From contig CAZVIY010000008.1 in the NCBI GenBank assembly GCA_964627425.1, positions 2,586 to 66,585 of the forward strand: a stretch of 64,000 nt of DNA, in the 5' to 3' direction. Position numbers and translations under genes: made by a program. Below, in pieces: positions 38,916 to 47,764 of this stretch (its first letter is position 1; every line of letters starts with the position of its first letter). The notes under the pieces were generated by a model, which had not been told where the DNA came from, made no database searches, and saw only the letters and a program-made list of their open reading frames with translations. Source of the stretch: an uncultured Gemmatimonadota bacterium (GTDB lineage: Bacteria > Gemmatimonadota > Gemmatimonadetes > Palauibacterales > Palauibacteraceae).

Positions 38916-41777
38916 CTACTCGAGCAACGACGGGACGTCCGTCCCCGGCACGGGCGCGGCGAAGAGGTAGCCCTGCCCCAGGTCGCATCCCATGGAACGG
39001 AGCCGCTCCCGCTGCTCCTCGGTCTCCACCCCTTCGGCCACGACCCGGAGGTCGAGGGTCTCCCCGAGGTTGAGCATGGTCTCCACCAGCGCCGCGTCCG
39101 TGGGACTCTCGGCCATCCGCTGGACGAAGCTCATGTCGATCTTGAGTCCGTCCAGGCGCAGGTCCCGCAGATAGGCGAACGTGGCGTACCCGGTCCCGAA
39201 GTCGTCGACGTAGACCTGGAAGCCCAGCTCCCGGAGCCGGTCGATCCTCCGGGGCTCCTGCATGATGGTGGTCTCGGTCACCTCGATGATCACCCGCTCG
39301 GGAGACAGGCCGGCCTCCCGGACCGCCCTCAGCAACCGGTCGGATACCTCCGGATCCTCGAACTGCTGACCCGAGAGATTGAAGCTCACGGTCGGGGTCG
39401 GCGGCGCGCCCCCGTTTCCCCGGGGCCACCCGGCCGCCTCCCGACAGCCCTTCCGGAGGATGGTCTCGCCGAGCTCCCCGATGAGCCCGAGCTCCTCGGC
39501 CAGCGGGATGAACTCCCCGGGCGAGACGATTCCCTCCCGGGGATGGTTCCACCGGGCCAGGGCCTCGAAGCCCACCAGCGACCCGTCCCCGAGGTGGACG
39601 ATGGGCTGATAGTAGGGCACGAACTCCCCGGCCTCGAGCCCCCGGCGGAGCTCCTGCTCCCGTCGGATCTGGCCGACCCCCTCCATCTCCTCGTCAGGAT
39701 CGAACAGGTAGAAGTCGGTGGTCGGCCGCTCCTTTGCCCGGTGGAGCGCCAGGTCCCCGAAGCGCACGAGCTCCTCGGGGTCAGCGGACTGGACCATGGG
39801 GTGCTCCCCGTCCCGCCCGTACAGCACCCCACCCACACAGAGGTCCAGGTGGAGGGACTCTCCCATGGCCTCGAAAGGTCGCTCCACCGCCTCCTGGATG
39901 CGCTCGTGGACGGCCCGGATCGCCTCGGGGGCCTCCAGCTCGGGAAGCACGACCACGAACTCGTCGCCTCCCCAGCGGGCCACCGTGTCCTCGTCGCGGA
40001 CCTTCTCCTGGAGCCGACGGGCGAGCGCCTCCAGCACACGGTCGCCGGCGGCGTGGCCGAGCCGGTCGTTGATCCGCTTGAAGCGGACCAGGTCGAGCAT
40101 GAGGAGGCCCAGGGGCTGCCCGCTGCGCTGGGAGCGGGCCACCCCCTGCTCCACCCGGTCCACCAGCAGCGCGCGGTTGGCAAGTCCGGTCAGGGGATCG
40201 TGGAGCGCCCGGTGTCGGAGCTCCTCCTCCAGCCGCTTCTGTTCGGTCACGTCCCGGGCCACGCCGGCGACACGGTAGACCTCCCCCTCCTGGTCGGTCA
40301 CCGGGAAGCCCTGGTCCCGGATCCAGCGGACCTCCCCGTCCGGCCGGATCAGACGATACTCGAACTGGAAGGAGGTGGTCGCCTCCTCGCGCACGGCCCT
40401 GGCCACCCGGTCCCGGTCCTCGGGATGGATCAGATCGATCCAGAGGCCGGGATCCGAATAGAGCTCCTCGACGGAGCGGCCCGTGACGTCCTCGAACGCC
40501 GGGCTCACGTACAGCATCTCCTCGCTCGTGGGATCCCGGAGCCAGAAGACCTCGTTGACGTTCTCGGCCATCTGCCGGAACCGCTCCTCGCTCTCCCGGA
40601 GCGCTTCCCGGGCCCGCTTCTCCACGGTGATGTCCCGGACGAACCCGACCTGCTGCTGGGCCTTCTCCCCCGGGAGCTCGACGGCCGCCACGCGGAGGTC
40701 GCCCCAGACCACCCGTTCGGAGCCGGTGACGAACCGCTTCTGGAGCTGATATTCCGAGATCTCCCCCGCGGCCAGCCGCTCGTAGAGTTCGACGTCCTCC
40801 TCCACGTCGTCCGGATGGGTGAAGTCGCGGAAGTGGGTGCCCTCCAGCTCCTCCGGCCGGTAGTCCAGCATGTCGGCCAGCGTCCGGTTGCACTCCACCA
40901 CCCGCCCATCCCCGGAGACCACGGCCACCCCCACGGGGCTCTCGGCGAAGAGCGTGCGGTAGCGCTGCTCCGCCCGCTCGGCCTGCCGGCGCTTCATCAC
41001 CTGCTCGGTGACGTCCACCCCGTGGGCGATGACGCCGGTGATCTCGCCGTCCTCCCGCCGGGGTTGGTAGACGAACGTGATGTACTTCTCCTGGACTCCT
41101 TCTTCCGTCTTCAGGGGACGAAACCGTTCCTGGGCGGTGATCCGCTCGCCGGACTCGTAGACCCGGTCGAGGAGCTCGAAGTAGCCCTCCTCCTCCAGCT
41201 CCGGGAAGACCTCCCGGACGGAACGTCCGATGACCTCGCGGTCGCCCACGAACTCCCGATAGGCCGGGTTGACCCTCGCGAAGACGTGCTCCGGCCCCTC
41301 GACCACGGCGATCCAGGACGGCGCCAGCCGGAACACCTCCTCCAGGCGCGACCGCTCGGTCTCGAGCTCCCGGATCAGCCCGTGCCGATCCACCGCCCAC
41401 CGGAGGGTGCGAGCGACGAGCCGCGGGTTGAGCTCGTCCTTCTCCAGGTAGTCGGCCGCGCCGGCCTCCAGCGCCTCGTGAGCCGTCTCGCGATCCTGGA
41501 GGCCGGTGAGCACGAGCACGGGGACGGCGGGACTGGATTCCGTGACCCGGCAGATCGTATCGGCCCCCTGGCTGTCCGGGAGGCCCAGATCCAGCACCAC
41601 CGCGTCCCACCGCTGCTCGCGGGTGGCCTCGAGCCCCCCCTCCAGCGACCGTTCCCACCGGGTCACCGCGTCCAGTCCGCCCTCCTCGAGGAGGGCCTCG
41701 AACAGACGCGCGTCGCCGGGGTTGTCCTCGATCAACAGGAGATCGAGCGGCTCCTCGATGGTCCGGGTCGAGCTCAT
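38916..41777 (-). CDS. Response-regulator receiver / multi-PAS / GGDEF / EAL protein
   Basis: Start at internal ATG 41777, preceded by GAGGAGG. LDLLLIEDNPGD receiver domain. Four PAS-like units. RDEDTVARWGGDEFVVVL (I-site plus GGDEF). GFEALARW and DDFGTGY (EAL). Confidence 0.9.
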   Translation of the reverse strand: MSSTRTIEEPLDLLLIEDNPGDARLFEALLEEGGLDAVTRWERSLEGGLEATREQRWDAVVLDLGLPDSQGADTICRVTESSPAVPVLVLTGLQDRETAHEALEAGAADYLEKDELNPRLVARTLRWAVDRHGLIRELETERSRLEEVFRLAPSWIAVVEGPEHVFARVNPAYREFVGDREVIGRSVREVFPELEEEGYFELLDRVYESGERITAQERFRPLKTEEGVQEKYITFVYQPRREDGEITGVIAHGVDVTEQVMKRRQAERAEQRYRTLFAESPVGVAVVSGDGRVVECNRTLADMLDYRPEELEGTHFRDFTHPDDVEEDVELYERLAAGEISEYQLQKRFVTGSERVVWGDLRVAAVELPGEKAQQQVGFVRDITVEKRAREALRESEERFRQMAENVNEVFWLRDPTSEEMLYVSPAFEDVTGRSVEELYSDPGLWIDLIHPEDRDRVARAVREEATTSFQFEYRLIRPDGEVRWIRDQGFPVTDQEGEVYRVAGVARDVTEQKRLEEELRHRALHDPLTGLANRALLVDRVEQGVARSQRSGQPLGLLMLDLVRFKRINDRLGHAAGDRVLEALARRLQEKVRDEDTVARWGGDEFVVVLPELEAPEAIRAVHERIQEAVERPFEAMGESLHLDLCVGGVLYGRDGEHPMVQSADPEELVRFGDLALHRAKERPTTDFYLFDPDEEMEGVGQIRREQELRRGLEAGEFVPYYQPIVHLGDGSLVGFEALARWNHPREGIVSPGEFIPLAEELGLIGELGETILRKGCREAAGWPRGNGGAPPTPTVSFNLSGQQFEDPEVSDRLLRAVREAGLSPERVIIEVTETTIMQEPRRIDRLRELGFQVYVDDFGTGYATFAYLRDLRLDGLKIDMSFVQRMAESPTDAALVETMLNLGETLDLRVVAEGVETEEQRERLRSMGCDLGQGYLFAAPVPGTDVPSLLE

Positions 41778-42195
41778 GGACAGCCTCCTCGTGGGATCGT
41801 GCGATCCCCTGAGAGACGACGATCTGGCTCGCACGGGCCATTCGCGCTCGGCCCCGAAGGGGAAGGCAACCCTTATTGGCAATCGAGCCGTACACCAGGG
41901 GACTCGGAATCGGTTCCCCCGGCCAGCACCGGCCGACGGCGATCCTACCGTACGACCTCGCCCTGGCGAATGCCCTGGACTCGCCCGGACCCTTTCCGGG
42001 CAAATCCCGAACCCGGAATCTCCGATGATCGTAAATCGTGGCAGGTCATGGACATCCGACGATACCCCACGCGAGGAGACGTCGGAAGCAAGATCCGGAT
42101 TCCGGAAAGATTCCCGGCCCGGCCCCCTGGACGGAGGGAAAGGTCTTCTCGAACGGAGGGCGACGCTTCGGGAGCCCCCGCAGCATCATACATCA

Positions 42196-42240
42196 TGGGC
42201 GCTGCTGGATTCGAACCAGCGACCTCCTGCTTGTAAGGCA
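42196..42240. repeat. 45-bp direct repeat: displaced copy of the 3' part of tRNA-Val (att-like site)
   Basis: tgggcgctgctggattcgaaccagcgacctcctgcttgtaaggca is identical to 50192-50236. Flanks diverge immediately on both sides. Confidence 0.9.
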
Positions 42241-42574
42241 AGGAGAGAAGCCCCCCTAGATTGGCTTAAGGTCATACCGAAAAAGCGATTAGTCTGCAAT
42301 GTGCAGAATCGGCCAGGGGCCGAAATGAGGCGCTGCTGAGGCCCAACGTTAGCACCGGCGTTAACATCTGGCCGGGAGCTCATCAGGTAGGATCCAGGGG
42401 CTTCCCAAACCACTACTCCGAGACACGAGGCCAGGCCAATGAGGGAGTCAAGCCCACTCCGGAATCACGTTGTCCCGAACGAGCACCTAAGCGACCACAT
42501 TCCTTCAGCTGTATGCCAGTGCCAACCCGAGAGCGTAGCGCGACGAACAGTATCCTCGCAAGGTTCGTTCGACT

Positions 42575-43213
42575 TCACCTACTACCTGCACCAGATCTTA
42601 TTGCTAGACGATTCACAAGCGAAAGAGAGAGCCCAATACCTAACCCCGCACCGGTCGAAATTGCTAAGGTTGAGCTTGGCGCGGGTCCTGATCTGACGGT
42701 GACGCCAATAAGGATTGTCGCACAGCCGAACAAGCCGGTCAGGGCAGAAGAGACTCGGTAGAAGCGCTTCTTTAAAAGTTTCCCCACGCAATAAACAGTA
42801 GGCGCGCTCCCTAATAATACGCCTCCAGCAAATACTATTAGTGGTCGTGGTTCATCGGAAACGACAACATCGAAAAGTTGCTCGTCTATCGCGAGCTGTA
42901 TAAAAAAAACAGCGACTGCCCCGAAGCCAATAATATGAGCCAGATAATTATCTATTCGCGACCACCGATCCTCACGTCTGGCAGGATGATGATGACGCCA
43001 CTCAATGGCGAAGCGGAACCCAAAATAAACCACCAACGCAAGTAGTACGAGCGGTGCTGCATCCGGGCTCTGTAAAGAGAAAGGTAGGTTCGAACTTTGA
43101 AGTTCGACTCCTACTAGCTCCCACGCTAGGAGAAGTCCTGCAACGAGACCGTAAGATTTCCGCGCCTTCTGATAGCTCTCTGAGCGCGGCGGGGGAAGGT
43201 TTGTCTCAGGCAC
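42575..43213 (-). CDS. Hypothetical multi-pass membrane protein (island)
   Basis: 212-aa ORF. GTG start preceded by GGAGGAG. About 5-6 hydrophobic helices (LVAGLLLAWELVGV, LVLLALVVYFGF, IIGFGAVAVFFIQLAI, LIVFAGGVLLG, LFGCATILIGV). Confidence 0.65.
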   Translation of the reverse strand: MPETNLPPPRSESYQKARKSYGLVAGLLLAWELVGVELQSSNLPFSLQSPDAAPLVLLALVVYFGFRFAIEWRHHHPARREDRWSRIDNYLAHIIGFGAVAVFFIQLAIDEQLFDVVVSDEPRPLIVFAGGVLLGSAPTVYCVGKLLKKRFYRVSSALTGLFGCATILIGVTVRSGPAPSSTLAISTGAGLGIGLSLSLVNRLAIRSGAGSR

Positions 43214-43693
43214 GCCTGCTCCTCCAGTAGGCTATGATCGGCCTTCCTCCGAAACTTCGTCAGGATTCTATCTTAATCCATCCCGCTTTACTCATCTTAA
43301 CGTGACGCTGGGCACGCTAGCCAGACATTCGCAAACCGCCATCGCTCAGTTTCTATAGGCATATTTATCAAGCGGTTCAATCTCAAGCTAAAAGACCTAG
43401 CGTATTCCGGATATCCGGCGGCCACGCGCTCAGAATGCGGGTCAGTGCCAGTCTCACTCGCCCGCTGGGTCATAGCGTTGATGTTATACCAGATGCCGGG
43501 TTTTTCGCGGACCGGTTCCGAATAGCATTAGGTCAATAGCGGGCCGATTCAGAGGGCTTTTTACTGAAGATGGCCGGAGTTTTACTATATGCTTGAGGTC
43601 TTGCGCTTAAAGTCCACGTGCGTGGAGAGAACAGGGAATAAGTTGTTGTCCGGATCCCCGCCGCATACATCCGATCGGGAGGGAGGGAAGCGA

Positions 43694-44260
43694 GTGTCTG
43701 AGTTCTTCGAAGGCCTAGCAGGTTTTGTGTCTGGACTCTCCGCGAGGGGATGGGTCACGCTCGTGGCTCTGGTCGTCCTCGCAGGAGTCGTATTTTTCGG
43801 TGTACGAGCCTACTCTGGTGGCTTCACGTATGATCGAATAGAACGAGAAATTGACCTGCTATCGGAACTTCAAGAGATACGACGTGACACAGTGATGAGG
43901 CGAGACACGGGTCTAGTAAGAGTTTACCAAGGAATCCGTACAAAACTAGATTCAACTGTCCGTCGAGATCGTGGTTTAAGCCTACCCACCATCTCAGTCG
44001 GTCCCCGCTTCTGGCAACTGGTAGTAGCATTCATTCCCTGGATTCTCTTGGCGCTAGCATTCTGGAGAATTGAGGCATTTCATCCAAAAGAGGGTGATCT
44101 CGTTTCTGCAGTCACCGGTACTCTCTTTGTCGGATTCCTGTTTGCACTCGTCGGAAGCTTACTTTTCCCAGATTGGCCCGCCTGGGTGCGATACCTTCTG
44201 TATCCGATCGGAGGGACGATTCTGATTATGATCGTCCTCGCAAAGAAAGGAGGATCGTAA
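43694..44260 (+). CDS. Hypothetical membrane protein (island)
   Basis: Internal GTG at 43694 sits 6 nt after GGGAGGGAGGG. The ORF-track start 43589 has no RBS. TM helices WVTLVALVVLAGVVFFGV, LVVAFIPWILLALAFW, VTGTLFVGFLFALVGSLLF, LLYPIGGTILIMIVLA. Confidence 0.65.
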   Translation: MSEFFEGLAGFVSGLSARGWVTLVALVVLAGVVFFGVRAYSGGFTYDRIEREIDLLSELQEIRRDTVMRRDTGLVRVYQGIRTKLDSTVRRDRGLSLPTISVGPRFWQLVVAFIPWILLALAFWRIEAFHPKEGDLVSAVTGTLFVGFLFALVGSLLFPDWPAWVRYLLYPIGGTILIMIVLAKKGGS

Positions 44261-44510
44261 CTTCGGTCGGCCAGTTCATCCTTGCAGTTTGCAACCGCCT
44301 CCCTCCCCGGAAGGGTGGACTACGTAGAGGGGCGTATAATGCTACTCTCGGGCAGGAAGCAATCATTTCGCGCATCTATAAGAGGGCTTGCGACGCAGCC
44401 GCCGAGGACGGGCGCACCGAGGACGAGCTTCAGGCCACCGAGCGGACGGGCTCAAATGGAGGAGTCACCAAGACTGAGGTGGAGGTGCACCTGCGGGAGG
44501 CGCTCATATC

Positions 44511-44645
44511 ATGAACTGCTTCGCAGGGACCCGGGCCGAACGGGAGTGGCTGTCGGCGCTGCGGAGGATCGCCGATGCGCTGGAGCGGATTTCGCAGGTG
44601 TTAGAATCCCCACCTTCGGATAAGCCACCGAATGGAGAAGCTTAG
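44511..44645 (+). CDS. Possible 44-aa small protein (island)
   Basis: Manual translation: MNCFAGTRAEREWLSALRRIADALERISQVLESPPSDKPPNGEA*. GGGAGG lies about 10 nt upstream. Balanced helical composition. Below the ORF-track length cutoff. Confidence 0.3.
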   Translation: MNCFAGTRAEREWLSALRRIADALERISQVLESPPSDKPPNGEA

Positions 44646-44647
44646 TT

Positions 44648-45250
44648 TCAACCTACCATCTGCTGAAGAAGTTCTCTCGCCCATTCAACTCCTGGCTTCG
44701 ACAGCCTGTAGTTTTTTGCCTTTGAGCCTGGCATCCCTTCAACCAAAAGATACGCTGTCTCCTTTAGGTAGGTAGAAAAATTGTGATCGAGGCAACCGTC
44801 CCGTTCGCACAACTCTCTGAGAGTCGCCGCTTGAGTGGTTTTCTGTCCGCGTGCCTTCTCGTTCAGATAGCAGCCAATTACCGAGAGGTCGATCATCCGG
44901 CCCTTCTTTCCCTCGGCTTCCAACTCCCCGAAAACCCGGATCGCGTTCTCGTCGAGTTCAACCACTCGCTCCAACTCAGCTAGGGTCACATCCGCGTCCT
45001 CGACTACGGCCCGTAGGCCAGACCCAATCGGCGCTCGCCGGGTTGATTCGTCATTTGGAGAATCCGATCCGTCCCGCTCCCGGGGGGCACTCGCCGGTTC
45101 TTCGGTCGCCGGCTTTACCCTCTGCGGAGACAGCATTTGCTGCAGTAGCTGCTCAACAATTACTGCTTGGAGATGTTCCGGGTGATTACTGGCGATCGAT
45201 ACAACTTCATCCACCAGTTCTCGCCACTCCTTGACCTTTTCCTCATCCAT
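44648..45250 (-). CDS. Hypothetical protein with helical N-terminus, acidic linker and C-terminal wHTH-like module (island)
   Basis: 200-aa ORF, 15 nt downstream of 45266-46048 on the same strand. C-terminus NFSTYLKETAYLLVEGMPGSKAKNYRLSKPGVEWAREL is winged-helix-like. Confidence 0.7.
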   Translation of the reverse strand: MDEEKVKEWRELVDEVVSIASNHPEHLQAVIVEQLLQQMLSPQRVKPATEEPASAPRERDGSDSPNDESTRRAPIGSGLRAVVEDADVTLAELERVVELDENAIRVFGELEAEGKKGRMIDLSVIGCYLNEKARGQKTTQAATLRELCERDGCLDHNFSTYLKETAYLLVEGMPGSKAKNYRLSKPGVEWARELLQQMVG

Positions 45251-45265
45251 GAATGGGCCTGTTCC

Positions 45266-46048
45266 CTATAGTTCCCAGTCGTGTTCGGCTAGCAGCTCCT
45301 CCGCTCCCTCTCTGCCCTTGGGTGAAAGGTGCACGAGGCCAGCGTCCGAATCGTACTCGATAAGCCTCTCGCCGTGAAGAGGTTCGAGGTTGCGGGTACG
45401 GTAATCATAGAATCGGGGAACCTCACACCACTCTTGTAATTGCCTGTCACCCACGGGATCAGGATAAGCATGATAGAGGAGGACTAGGGTCGCCTCGTCA
45501 TTGGTAAGGTACGTCTCCAAAACACGCTTCTTTCCAGCTACCTCCCACACCAAGGGGATTCGTTTCTCTACCAGTGCGTCCACTAGCGACTGAGCTTCCT
45601 CAATACTCGTCCCGTGAAAGATCCGGACGAGTTCCGCCATCACCCAGTTTGCGGTTCCTACAACTGCTTCCGCGTCCATGTGGTTGGGATCCACGTCACC
45701 ACCCACATGTCCTACGCTCCGCTTGTTGCGGACGGTATAGAGGAAGTCCAGCGCGTTTGGAATATGGAACCGGACTGAGTCTGGGAACGAACTCTTGTTT
45801 TCGAACCGGCGGAGGGCTTGACCGAAATCCCGAATGGAATCCGAGAGATCCATGTAGTCATTGTCTGGGTCGGTGTGCCATTCCAGGATTCGATATACAA
45901 CCTCCCCAAGCTTCCCACCATTCAGTTCGGAGGGCTCCCAACGCCGTTCTGCGTAGTTTCGTCGGATTCGGTTGAAGGCCCCCAGAAGTTCCTTCCGTAA
46001 CTCATCAGGGAGACTCGAAAGCCCTTCTTCCGGTTTGAGTATAGTCAT
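45266..46048 (-). CDS. Hypothetical protein with HEPN-like RNx5H motif and C-terminal wHTH-like module (island)
   Basis: 260-aa ORF. FLYTVRNKRSVGHVGGDVDPNHMD fits the HEPN Rx4-6H signature in a helical context. C-terminus ERLIEYDSDAGLVHLSPKGREGAEELL is winged-helix-like. Assignment made by eye only. Confidence 0.7.
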   Translation of the reverse strand: MTILKPEEGLSSLPDELRKELLGAFNRIRRNYAERRWEPSELNGGKLGEVVYRILEWHTDPDNDYMDLSDSIRDFGQALRRFENKSSFPDSVRFHIPNALDFLYTVRNKRSVGHVGGDVDPNHMDAEAVVGTANWVMAELVRIFHGTSIEEAQSLVDALVEKRIPLVWEVAGKKRVLETYLTNDEATLVLLYHAYPDPVGDRQLQEWCEVPRFYDYRTRNLEPLHGERLIEYDSDAGLVHLSPKGREGAEELLAEHDWEL

Positions 46049-46131
46049 CGGCTCATTCGGAGGACTGGACTGTCGACTCGATTCATCAATACTATCTTAC
46101 GATGGTACACTCACAAAACTAGGGGGTCAAT

Positions 46132-46623
46132 TTGCCTAACGAGGACGATGATCAGGAGAAGGGGACGAAAAACTACAAGATATCAATCGACGGTCCAGGT
46201 GTTGAGATCTCAAAGGAGGTCTCAGGGGATACCTTCGCCACGGTAATCGCAGTGCTCTTTGGAAGCGGAGAGGGCGCGAGAATTCCCGGCTTTGCCGGCG
46301 CCGCAGATCCAACGGAATCTTCGGATCAGAGGACGTCGCGACCTAATCTGTCTCCTGCAGAGTTCCTCCAGCAGACGAATGCTTCTACCAATCGAGAACG
46401 AATCGCGGCTTTCGCTTGGTACGCGTCTGAGCATCTTGAGCAGGACGGCATCCTACAGGACGATCTACCTGATCTATTCCGTCGGGCCCATCAGAGCGTT
46501 CCCAAGAACATGCGTCGTGATGTTAGACAGGCTAAGCGAGATGGTCTCGTGGATGAACATCCCGAAGACTCTGATCAGCTCTACGTTACGCAGACCGGCC
46601 GGGAGACGCTCCGTTCGGAGTAA
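46132..46623 (+). CDS. Hypothetical protein with C-terminal wHTH-like module (island)
   Basis: 163-aa ORF. TTG start 5 nt after AGGGGG. Divergent from 46048. C-terminus NMRRDVRQAKRDGLVDEHPEDSDQLYVTQTGRETL parallels the C-termini of the two minus-strand genes. Confidence 0.65.
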   Translation: MPNEDDDQEKGTKNYKISIDGPGVEISKEVSGDTFATVIAVLFGSGEGARIPGFAGAADPTESSDQRTSRPNLSPAEFLQQTNASTNRERIAAFAWYASEHLEQDGILQDDLPDLFRRAHQSVPKNMRRDVRQAKRDGLVDEHPEDSDQLYVTQTGRETLRSE

Positions 46624-46703
46624 CTTCGAATTAGCGGAACCTATTGAGACGTCGGTGAGAGTCCGTCCCAAGTTGCTCCTGGACTCGAACCTGGGAGTAA
46701 TCC

Positions 46704-46886
46704 ATGGACGACGACACCCTGTTCCGCTGCCAGCTCGAACGTCACGGGAACGGCATCCGAGAATTGAAGGTCTTGGAGATCTGGTACGACTGGCCCGGGA
46801 CGGCTCGCCGGGAAGCCGAGGCCGTGGATGGAGGCTGGCAGGTGGTGGGCGTGTCGGCGGACTTCGGGGCTAGCAAGCCTTTCTAG
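46704..46886 (+). CDS. Hypothetical 60-aa protein (island)
   Basis: ATG 6 nt after GGGAG. MDDDTLFRCQLERHGNGIRELKVLEIWYDWPG... has protein-like composition. Confidence 0.5.
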   Translation: MDDDTLFRCQLERHGNGIRELKVLEIWYDWPGTARREAEAVDGGWQVVGVSADFGASKPF

Positions 46887-46980
46887 TTCAGCCAGTCATC
46901 TCGCCCGAACCGCTCTAACCTGTTAATCGTAGGAGACTGGGCGGATAAGATTCTGGCTGCTCCCGTACACTCGGAGGCGA

Positions 46981-47307
46981 ATGATGACCAACTTTCCCCA
47001 AATCAAGGCCGAGTTGGATCTTAGCGAGGCAGAGCGGGAGCTTTTGGAACAAGCTCATACTGGTAGCACAGGCGTCATAAACGAATCCCGAGTGCTGTCG
47101 GACATTTACCTTGCGCATCACCTTCGGTCTGCTACCGGATCGTTGGTCGGGGCCACAGATGGCCTTCAAGTAGCAATCAAGAAGTCGACGAAGAAGATCA
47201 TAGAAAGCAATGAAAATCTAGCCGAGTCGAACCGGCGGTACGCCCTCGGATTAAACATTCTCACGGGCGCGCTCGTGCTTGTCACCTTCGCTCAACTCAT
47301 TTTCTAG
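46981..47307 (+). CDS. Hypothetical tail-anchored membrane protein (island)
   Basis: GGAGG just upstream of tandem ATGs (46981/46984). Helical N-terminal part and a C-terminal TM helix LNILTGALVLVTFAQLIF. Confidence 0.6.
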   Translation: MMTNFPQIKAELDLSEAERELLEQAHTGSTGVINESRVLSDIYLAHHLRSATGSLVGATDGLQVAIKKSTKKIIESNENLAESNRRYALGLNILTGALVLVTFAQLIF

Positions 47308-47498
47308 TAAGCAGTTGTTGTAGCCCCCGCCGCCTACCGGCCCTCCTCGGTGGCCCGGCAGAGGCGTTCATCCACTTCCTCGTTCAGACTGCGGGCCTCC
47401 CACGGGTGTCCGGGGGTTTTCTCATACCCGGGGGGACGTAGATTAGTCTTGGCTCATCATGCGATGGGTCAAGATCTATCTACATCTGGAGGAAGACT

Positions 47499-47750
47499 AT
47501 GAGCTATCACACAGCAGTGGTGTGCCCCAACTGGGAGGCCGACCAAGACCACGTGGCCATCGGCGCCGGCGAACTGATGGACAATCTGCCCACATTCTGC
47601 GAGGGCTGTGGAACGGAACTCATCGCTGCCTGCCCCTCCTGCGGAGAAGCTCTCCGGGGAAGGCTTGAGGACGGTCCCATCACAACGAGACCCTTCCAGC
47701 CGAAGAGCCACTGCGGGGACTGCGGCGAAGCGCTCCCCTGGGCCGGGTAG
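47499..47750 (+). CDS. Zinc-ribbon protein with three CxxC pairs (DUF2321-like by recollection) (island)
   Basis: GGAGG 6 nt upstream of the ATG. FCEGCGTELIAACPSCGEALRG...HCGDCGEALPW. Confidence 0.65.
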   Translation: MSYHTAVVCPNWEADQDHVAIGAGELMDNLPTFCEGCGTELIAACPSCGEALRGRLEDGPITTRPFQPKSHCGDCGEALPWAG

Positions 47751-47764
47751 GGAATTGGGACAAC

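Noticed and set aside
41778-42195. Recurrent CCGGAAT/TCCGGA-type motifs (41904, 42013, 42094-42117) in the 418-bp region upstream of the RR-PAS-GGDEF-EAL gene.
   Set aside because: They are short and degenerate with inconsistent spacing. They could be chance in GC-rich DNA and cannot be supported without genome-wide statistics.
43297-43473. 58-aa minus-strand ORF (MTQRASETGTDPHSERVAAGYPEYARSF...) in the AT-rich divergent intergenic region of the island.
   Set aside because: No Shine-Dalgarno sequence and no recognisable motif, and it lies where promoters are expected. There is insufficient support to call it a gene.
44173-44623. Overlapping ORFs 44173-44514 (113 aa) and 44282-44623 (113 aa) between the island membrane gene and the 200-aa gene. 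A perfect TATAAT lies at 44335-44340.
   Set aside because: 44282-44623 is Arg-rich and looks off-frame. The only start of 44173-44514 is a TTG that overlaps the previous gene by 88 nt, although its last ~50 codons look protein-like. I could not define a credible start, so I kept only the coupled 44-aa ORF (44511-44645), at low confidence. The TATAAT has no convincing -35 element.
46681-46700. ggactcgaacctgggag resembles a tRNA T-arm (GGTTCGAGTCC on the minus strand), hinting at a second tRNA fragment inside the island.
   Set aside because: The flanking bases do not form a complementary T-stem (CCAGG on both sides), and no acceptor or anticodon arms can be drawn. The GGGAG more plausibly serves as the RBS of the 46704 gene.
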